This document shows, one piece after another, positions 17,322-24,020 of a stretch of DNA of 32,000 bases (position 1 is its first letter; every line of letters begins with the position of its first letter). The DNA is from Candidatus Saccharimonadota bacterium (lineage in GTDB: Bacteria > Patescibacteriota > Microgenomatia > UBA1406 > GWC2-37-13). Below the pieces are notes generated by a model. The model made no database searches. It was not told the origin of the DNA and was given only the letters and a program-made list of their open reading frames with translations. The stretch is taken from contig CP066689.1 of NCBI GenBank assembly GCA_016432445.1, positions 840,001 through 872,000 on the forward strand. The letters run 5' to 3'. The position numbers and the translations under genes are program-made.

Positions 17322-17426
17322 TTAAAAATTTGTTACATTATCTCATAATACGATCCGAGTGCTGCAGGCGTAGCAATTTTAATCGCAGAACTGTTAACCA
17401 GTAAAAGATATATTAAATCATTAAGC

Positions 17427-18182
17427 ATGAAATTTAAATTTATCACTCTTAATCTTTGGGAGGGCGGTCTCCTACTTGACAACGCTCTGGAGTTTTTAAA
17501 GAAGGAAAATGCCAATATCGTTAATCTACAGGAAACGTTTAATGAAAAAGACGAAACCTTGGAGAAAAGGTATCGATCTGGCGCTATAATTAAAAAGGAA
17601 CTGCATTATCTCTGCGATTTTTTTTCTCCAACATTTCTTGACATTAGAATACCAGAAAAGCTTAATCAAGGTAACCTTGTATTATCTCGTCATCCGATAA
17701 TAAAAACCGATACTATTTTTTATGACGTCCCTTATGGAAATTTAACAGTTAACAACAATGATTATTCATTTAACCCGCGCAATTTACAGCATGTTAACAT
17801 TCGTACCGGGGATACTGAATTGAATGTTTTTAACACTCAAGGTATCTGGGGATTTGACGGTAACGACAACGAAAGACGCATAGAAATGAGCCGAATTATA
17901 GTTAAGGAAATAAAAGGCAAACAAAATGTAATTCTTGCTGGAGACTTCAACGTTCATCCCGACACAATAACTATTGGAAATATAGAAAAATATTTAAAAA
18001 ACGTTTTTTGTAACGAACTGAAAACCACCTTTAATATGAAAAGAAAGGCAAAATCCGGCGGCTTTGCCAATTCGGTTGTAGATATGGTTTTTATAAGTAA
18101 AAATATAAAGGTTTTTGATCACTATTGTCCTGATGTTGATGTATCCGACCATTTACCTTTAATATGTTCATTTGAAGTTTAG
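17427..18182 (+). CDS. Endonuclease/exonuclease/phosphatase (EEP) family phosphoesterase
   Basis: Motifs are ITLNLWEGG, NLQET, AGDFNVHP and a C-terminal VSDHLPL. No signal peptide is evident. Confidence 0.8.
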   Translation: MKFKFITLNLWEGGLLLDNALEFLKKENANIVNLQETFNEKDETLEKRYRSGAIIKKELHYLCDFFSPTFLDIRIPEKLNQGNLVLSRHPIIKTDTIFYDVPYGNLTVNNNDYSFNPRNLQHVNIRTGDTELNVFNTQGIWGFDGNDNERRIEMSRIIVKEIKGKQNVILAGDFNVHPDTITIGNIEKYLKNVFCNELKTTFNMKRKAKSGGFANSVVDMVFISKNIKVFDHYCPDVDVSDHLPLICSFEV

Positions 18183-18233
18183 CTTATAGGTATGTTAAAA
18201 TTAATAGTCTGTTCTATCCAATAGAAAAGAAAA

Positions 18234-19418
18234 ATGAAAAATAATAAAATGCTCTGGCGGTTGCAGGAAAATATTATCGATCAAAAGAATATAAAAACTT
18301 TGATTGATTTTATTAAATCAACCGAAAGATATACCCAATTTACAAAAGTAAAAGAATTTGAGGAAGCATGGTCAAAATGGCAGGGTCGCAAATACAGCGT
18401 ATTTGTAAATTCAGGAAGTTCAGCAAATCTTATTATCTTGGATCTTCTTAAAGATATCTATAAATGGAAGGCGGGCGATGAAATTATTGTACCAACAATA
18501 ACTTGGATCACCGATATTTCTTCCGTATTACAGCTGGGGTTAACTCCTATTTTTGTTGATATTAATCTTGAGGATTTTTCATTTAATTATCAAGACCTAC
18601 AATCTAAAATCAACAGGAAAACGAAAGCAATTTTTCTTTCGCATCTCATTGGATTTCCTGCGGATATGAAAAAAGTTAAGAAAATGATCAAAGGGAAAAA
18701 TATTGCGATCATTGAAGACTGCTGCGAATCTCACGGTGCAACTATAGATAATATTAAAGTAGGAAACCTTGGTGATGTAAGCTCTTTTAGTTTTTACTGG
18801 GGTCACCACATGACCACTGTTGAGGGAGGGATGGTCTCTACAGATAATGAAAAAATATACAAGTATGCGCTGCTAAAAAGATCTCACGGATTAGCCCGTG
18901 AACTACCACCTAAATATCACGCATACTACAAAAGAAGGCATAAAACTATCGATTTTAATTTTCTTTTTTTAACAACTGGCTTCAATGTAAGAAATACCGA
19001 ACTTAGCGCTGTCCTGGGATTATCTCAACTGAAAAAAATTGACCAATATATAAAAATAAGAAATGCCAACCATAAAAAATTCGTGAATATCCTAAAAAAA
19101 TATTCGGATTTTTTTGCAATTCCTTATAAAGACGGCATTTCTTCTTTTTGTCTGCCGTTTATACTAAAGAAGGCCTCCTTAAAAAAACCTCTTCAAAAAT
19201 TTTTGACCAAAAAAGGTATAGAATCAAGACCTTTTATAAGTGGCAACTTGTTAAAACAACCTTTTTTGAAAAAATATTCAAAGCTCAATGGCTTTCCTAA
19301 TGCCGACCATATACACAGTAATGCTTTTTATATCGGTAATAATCAGTTTGTAAATGAAAATCGATTGGAACTGCTTGATAAGACGCTCAGTGAATTTTTC
19401 GACAACAACCATGATTGA
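18234..19418 (+). CDS. ColD/E1-type PLP/PMP-dependent nucleotide-sugar 3-dehydratase (GDP-4-keto-6-deoxy-D-mannose 3-dehydratase-like)
   Basis: It has the DegT fold, but the PLP lysine is replaced by histidine. Compare FSFYWGHHMTTVEGGM (His codons at 18804-18809) with FSFYGTKNITCGEGGM in the paralogue at 6505. It has only 3 Cys, so an E1-type 2Fe-2S site is unlikely. Its length and local motifs match ColD as I recall it. Confidence 0.7.
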   Translation: MKNNKMLWRLQENIIDQKNIKTLIDFIKSTERYTQFTKVKEFEEAWSKWQGRKYSVFVNSGSSANLIILDLLKDIYKWKAGDEIIVPTITWITDISSVLQLGLTPIFVDINLEDFSFNYQDLQSKINRKTKAIFLSHLIGFPADMKKVKKMIKGKNIAIIEDCCESHGATIDNIKVGNLGDVSSFSFYWGHHMTTVEGGMVSTDNEKIYKYALLKRSHGLARELPPKYHAYYKRRHKTIDFNFLFLTTGFNVRNTELSAVLGLSQLKKIDQYIKIRNANHKKFVNILKKYSDFFAIPYKDGISSFCLPFILKKASLKKPLQKFLTKKGIESRPFISGNLLKQPFLKKYSKLNGFPNADHIHSNAFYIGNNQFVNENRLELLDKTLSEFFDNNHD

Positions 19419-20337
19419 TAAAAAATCAAAAACCTACATTGTTGGTCATAATGGACTAATAGGATCAGCTATTTTAAGAAAATACATTGGAGAAGGCTAC
19501 GGTAATTTACTCACTAAAACTCGTCAGGAACTCGATCTGACAAATCAGTGCAAAGTTGAGGAATTGTTTAAAAAAGAAAAACCGGACTACGTTATTTTGT
19601 CTGCAGCAAGAGTTGGCGGAATAAAAGCAAATATGACTTATCCGGCAGAATTCATATATGAAAATTTGATGATACAGAACAATGTTATTTGGTCTGCATT
19701 TAAGTATAAAATCAAAAAACTTATGTATATAGCCTGCGGCTGTGCATACCCGACGAACTCGACACAACCTATGAGAGAAGAGTATTTGCTTACCGGGCCA
19801 CCTGAACCAACGAATGAAGGATTCGCAATTGCAAAAATTGCCGGATTAAAGCTCTGTGAAAAAATATATACGGAGTACGGAATGAAGTTTGTATCATGCA
19901 TCCCTACAAACACTTACGGAGAAAATGATCACTTCGATGAATTAAGATCTCATGCAATTCCAGCTTTACTAAAAAAAATCCATAATGCAAAAAAGAGTAA
20001 CAGTCCAGCTATTACGCTCTTTGGTACTGGCAAAGCTGAACGTGAATTTATATATGTTGACGATATTGCTGAAGCTGTTTTTCTTCTTATGAATGTTTAT
20101 GAAAAAAATGAAGTTATTAATATCGGATCGGGAGAAGCTCTAAGAATTAAAGAATTAGCTCAAATTATCAGAAAAGTAGTCGGTTATTCAGGAAAAATAT
20201 TATATGATACGTCAAAACCCGATGGAATGCTAAAAAGAACACTCGATTCTTCGAAAATAAAACAGTTGGGATTTTCTTGCAGGGTACCTCTTCTTGAAGG
20301 CATCGAAAGAACCTATAATTATTTCCTACGGATATGA
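19411..20337 (+). CDS. GDP-L-fucose synthase / GDP-L-colitose synthase family (Fcl/ColC) 3,5-epimerase-4-reductase
   Basis: Motifs are YIVGHNGLIGSAI, LSAARVGGIKANMTYPAEFIYENLMIQNNVI, EPTNEGFAIAKIAG and IPTNTYGEND. I prefer the start at 19411 (MIDKKSK), which overlaps the upstream stop by 8 nt, over the track's start at 19354. Confidence 0.8.
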   Translation: MIDKKSKTYIVGHNGLIGSAILRKYIGEGYGNLLTKTRQELDLTNQCKVEELFKKEKPDYVILSAARVGGIKANMTYPAEFIYENLMIQNNVIWSAFKYKIKKLMYIACGCAYPTNSTQPMREEYLLTGPPEPTNEGFAIAKIAGLKLCEKIYTEYGMKFVSCIPTNTYGENDHFDELRSHAIPALLKKIHNAKKSNSPAITLFGTGKAEREFIYVDDIAEAVFLLMNVYEKNEVINIGSGEALRIKELAQIIRKVVGYSGKILYDTSKPDGMLKRTLDSSKIKQLGFSCRVPLLEGIERTYNYFLRI

Positions 20338-21590
20338 AAAATGTTGGAAAACGAAGCATCCTTTACATTGTCAATTTTTACGGTTCTCCGCCTCTCAACT
20401 ATTTCGAAAAATATTTAAATGAAAATAAGTCTACATATCTCACTATTATCAAATTACCAGCAGTACGGCCTTCAAAGAACAGAATTAATATTGACGCCTT
20501 TATTAAAGACGAAAAAGGCAATAAACACAACATAGATCTTAATCTTTTTTTTCCACTACCTAATTTTCTGGTTTTCATGGTTCAATATGTACTCAATTTT
20601 TTTATTCTTTTTATTCTCCTTTCAAAAATAAAAAGAAAGAAATTTAACATTATAATCGGCGAAACCAATTTCGGCGGAGCCAACGCGTATATTTTAAAGA
20701 AAATCGGACGGTGCGATTTTTCAATTTATTTTAACGGTGATATCTTACCAGATACACAATCGTCAAATAAATGTTTTTTTCTCCCTAATAACGAATCCTT
20801 TTTTTCGCCCTTTTTTAAATTTATCGATTCTATGTTGATAATGACTCAATATCTTTTAAGAAAAATGGGGTATGGAAACGATTTGATTTGGTTTGGTGAT
20901 AAAAAAATAGAGGAATGGGACTCTAAAAAAGGACTGGAAGCGCATAACAAAATCATATTTCACGGGATATTAATTGATTATAAAGAATACGAAAAATATA
21001 ACTCCGTGAAAAAAAATATGAATGATATTTGTTACTTAGGCAGAATAGACGATTATGTCGGTTTTGACATATTAATACCGAGCCTTGCTCTTATAAAAAA
21101 AATACTTCCCGGTATTAGAATGCATGTTATCGGAGGTAGTGTGGTCGGTATAGAAAAGTACCGAAATCTAGCAAAACAAAATAATGTGGAAGATAATATA
21201 AAATTTTACGGCTATGTTCCCAAAATGGAAGACGCTTATAATATTATGTCTCATTGCGCGTTAGGGTTGGCACTATATAAACCCGTTAAAGACAATGTTT
21301 CAATGTATACTAATCCCGGCAAGCCTAAAGAATATATAAAAGTAGGTCTACCTGTACTTCTTACCAAGGGCGGACCTGAAATAGGCCAGGAAATAGCAAA
21401 ATATAATGCGGGCGTCGAGGTTGATTTTGATAAGGAAAAAGTCACGGATGCAATAATTAAAATAATAAGTGACAACAATATTTATGTCAAACTTCAATCG
21501 GGCGTAAAAAGATATGCCCTTAAAGAAGACATTAACATACATTTTAAGGAGTTTTTTAAAAATCTGGAAAAATTACTCATTAAACATTGA
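20334..21590 (+). CDS. GT-B fold (GT4-like) glycosyltransferase with a hydrophobic N-terminal insert
   Basis: The C-terminal half reads ICYLGRIDDYVGFDILI...MHVIGGS...IKFYGYVP...PKEYIKVGLPVLLT, typical of the Glycos_transf_1 domain. It has an ATGA overlap with the upstream gene. Confidence 0.6.
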   Translation: MKNVGKRSILYIVNFYGSPPLNYFEKYLNENKSTYLTIIKLPAVRPSKNRINIDAFIKDEKGNKHNIDLNLFFPLPNFLVFMVQYVLNFFILFILLSKIKRKKFNIIIGETNFGGANAYILKKIGRCDFSIYFNGDILPDTQSSNKCFFLPNNESFFSPFFKFIDSMLIMTQYLLRKMGYGNDLIWFGDKKIEEWDSKKGLEAHNKIIFHGILIDYKEYEKYNSVKKNMNDICYLGRIDDYVGFDILIPSLALIKKILPGIRMHVIGGSVVGIEKYRNLAKQNNVEDNIKFYGYVPKMEDAYNIMSHCALGLALYKPVKDNVSMYTNPGKPKEYIKVGLPVLLTKGGPEIGQEIAKYNAGVEVDFDKEKVTDAIIKIISDNNIYVKLQSGVKRYALKEDINIHFKEFFKNLEKLLIKH

Positions 21591-21659
21591 AAATATCTAA
21601 AAATTAAGTTATGATATTCTCTATATATTCGAATTATCTTCAGTGATTTTTGAACAACT

Positions 21660-24020
21660 ATGCGGATCGTAATAAATATAATTAAATTCATAAAGCACCA
21701 TAAATACATGTTTATGTCTATATTGGTGCTTGCACTTATATCTTATCTTAATATTCCCCCAAAAGGTTACCTGATCGGAGGAGGGGATTTCTATCAGAGA
21801 TCTTATCTAAGAGACAATTATTTTAATTTTTTCTTTACCTGGTCTGAAAAAATCGGCGTAGGACATATTTCCGATGTTCAATATGCCGTTTTTTTTCTTC
21901 CATTTTATATTTTGGATTTACTCGACAATGTGGCTGCACAACAGTTTTTATTTATGTTTATTTTTATATTTCTATCTTTCATAAGTTTCTATCTATCACA
22001 AAGGTACTTCGTTAATAATAACAGCGAAAAAAAATACAGCTATCTTTTTTCACTACTGTATGCAATAAATCCTTTTACTTTTTCTGTATTAAGAACATCT
22101 GCCGGATATCACCCTTTCTTTTTTCTCTATCCTTTTATCCCTTTATTTTTTGGCTTAATATACTCTTATTTAAAAAACGCACAAAATTATATAAATAAGG
22201 AGCTTGCTGTTTTTATTATTGTTAGTTTTTTCCTTTCTGTTTCATTCGGTAATTTCGCTTTCTTTATTTCCTTGTTTGTTTTTGTTTCTTTATTTTGTTT
22301 TTTTCTTATTTTAACTAATGAGGTTAATATTAGTAAAAAAACATTCTTAAAGTTTGCTGTCCTTTTGCTAAGCTTTATATTTTCCACTCTTTACAATGTC
22401 GCCAGCCAAATTCCGCTAATGCTTGTACTAAATCGCCAGATAAGTAACTCTGAAATACCATTGGCGGACATATGGAGTTGGATGACCTATCAAAGATTAT
22501 CTTTACAAACTCAAGTCCTTTTTAATACGGACTATGATAAAAGCGCAGTATTTCTTTTTAGTACAGTTCTGTTCATGCTGTTTATTGCGTCAATGATCTA
22601 TTATAAAAGCAGGTTGAGCCGCATTATGTCGATCCTTGCTGTTATATCAATATTCGTTACCTCTAAGGGGCTGGAAATTTTTCCTTCGTGGGTAGTAAAA
22701 CCTATCTTTACATTACCTTTAATTAATAGTTTAAGAACAGGTAATAAAAGCTACATCTTTCTTCCTTTTTTTATTTTAATCGTGCTCTTGTTATGTTATA
22801 GATCAACAAAAGAAACCATCGTTAAATACTTATTTATCCTATCTTCTATACTAATTATCTTATCTTGTTTCCCTTTACTCAACGGTAAAATTTTAACTAA
22901 TTATTCCCCCTATTACGCCAAAGACGAAAATTATTTGACTGCTAAATACACCTTTATCTTTCACCTACCAAAACCCTACGTAAACATTAATAAAGCTATA
23001 AATCCCAATGAACAGAATCGCATCCTTGTTTTGCCATATTCTGTAATTAACAGTGTGGGATGGATGAACTATACGAATTGGAAATATGTCGGAGTTGATC
23101 CTGTTATTTCCCTGGTGAATAAGCCTCTTGTCAATCCAAACTATTATCTATACCCATCGACCTGGAATTATGGAGAATTATGGAATCGGCAATCTGAAGA
23201 AGAGTCCCTTTGGATATTTCCATTTGCTTCGATCACGAACTCAAAATACATACTTTATCATAAAGATGTCGATCCTCAATTTATTGATCAAACAATGGAT
23301 AAGATAAAATACTACCAGAAACTTGGACTGATAAGTAAAATTCAAGAAAACAATTATTTTATATTTTATAAAATTAATGAAAAGTTTTTTGTCCCGCGGG
23401 TATATGTGCCAAAGAAAGTTACAGTAACTGATAAAAGAATAGAAGATTTCGCAGAACTACTTGGAAATGAAATTCAAACAAATGACTTTGCCGTATATTT
23501 TACTGAACAAAATTTAGGAAAAAATACTTCACTTCTAGAGAAAACTTCTTCTTCTGTAAAATCTAAATTTGAATTTAAAAGAATTAACCCTGTTAAGATT
23601 CGCATTGCTGCTCATAATGTAAAAGATTCATTTCCCATAATTTTTTCGGAGGGATTCCACGACGAATGGAAGGCTTACCTTGTCAAAACTGAAAAAAGAA
23701 CTAGCTTGCCGGCGGGAAACATCTTGGAAACCCTCACAGGAAAAGGTATCGGAGAAGATAAACACTTTAAGGCTAATGGATATGCAAATTCCTGGATCAT
23801 CAATCCTGTTGAACTCTGCATTGACACGAAGTTTTGCCGTAAAAATTCTGATGGAACCTACGACATGGAGCTGATTTTCGAATTTCATAGGCCGCAGATG
23901 TTATTTTATACCGGTCTAATTATCAGCGGAATCACTCTCTTGATAAGCCTTATTTATTTAATAAGAAAGAACATGTTAAAAAAAATTCGTAAAAATCACA
24001 GAAATGTTCCCAAAGTATAA
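21660..24020 (+). CDS. Polytopic GT-C-like membrane protein (YfhO/AftD-DUF3367-like)
   Basis: 786 aa. The N-terminal portion is multi-TM (about 400 aa) and the first loop is acidic (IGGGDFYQRSYL). The C-terminal soluble domain carries EWKAYLV and NGYANSWIINP and ends in a TM anchor. This repeats the WKAY-plus-terminal-anchor layout of the YfhO-like protein at 11071-13449. Confidence 0.5.
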   Translation: MRIVINIIKFIKHHKYMFMSILVLALISYLNIPPKGYLIGGGDFYQRSYLRDNYFNFFFTWSEKIGVGHISDVQYAVFFLPFYILDLLDNVAAQQFLFMFIFIFLSFISFYLSQRYFVNNNSEKKYSYLFSLLYAINPFTFSVLRTSAGYHPFFFLYPFIPLFFGLIYSYLKNAQNYINKELAVFIIVSFFLSVSFGNFAFFISLFVFVSLFCFFLILTNEVNISKKTFLKFAVLLLSFIFSTLYNVASQIPLMLVLNRQISNSEIPLADIWSWMTYQRLSLQTQVLFNTDYDKSAVFLFSTVLFMLFIASMIYYKSRLSRIMSILAVISIFVTSKGLEIFPSWVVKPIFTLPLINSLRTGNKSYIFLPFFILIVLLLCYRSTKETIVKYLFILSSILIILSCFPLLNGKILTNYSPYYAKDENYLTAKYTFIFHLPKPYVNINKAINPNEQNRILVLPYSVINSVGWMNYTNWKYVGVDPVISLVNKPLVNPNYYLYPSTWNYGELWNRQSEEESLWIFPFASITNSKYILYHKDVDPQFIDQTMDKIKYYQKLGLISKIQENNYFIFYKINEKFFVPRVYVPKKVTVTDKRIEDFAELLGNEIQTNDFAVYFTEQNLGKNTSLLEKTSSSVKSKFEFKRINPVKIRIAAHNVKDSFPIIFSEGFHDEWKAYLVKTEKRTSLPAGNILETLTGKGIGEDKHFKANGYANSWIINPVELCIDTKFCRKNSDGTYDMELIFEFHRPQMLFYTGLIISGITLLISLIYLIRKNMLKKIRKNHRNVPKV

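Noticed and set aside
17333-17515. 60-aa minus-strand ORF spanning the ask-remnant tail and the EEP gene start
   Set aside because: It overlaps the well-supported EEP start on the opposite strand and has no recognisable features. It is probably a chance ORF.
17427-18182. EEP protein as a nuclease effector of a defence or toxin system
   Set aside because: There is no partner immunity, sensor, ATPase or methylase gene. It is the first gene of a biosynthetic operon with tight same-strand packing.
19354-19410. Upstream start (19354) for the Fcl/ColC-like gene
   Set aside because: The extra 19 residues (MKIDWNCLIRRSVNFSTTT) lie inside the ColD-like coding region and are not part of the SDR fold. 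The ATG at 19411 immediately precedes the Rossmann motif and gives a typical short start/stop overlap.
18597-21709. Minus-strand ORFs at 18597-18809, 19507-19767, 19638-19913, 20168-20359, 21251-21478, 21348-21542 and 21494-21709
   Set aside because: All are antisense shadows of the ColD-like, Fcl/ColC-like and GT4 genes. They overlap each other in different frames, and none has a motif.
22187-23888. ORFs 22187-22387(-), 23628-23888(-) and 23680-23874(+) inside the 786-aa membrane protein gene
   Set aside because: They are embedded in a long, coherent, TM-rich reading frame and have no independent support.
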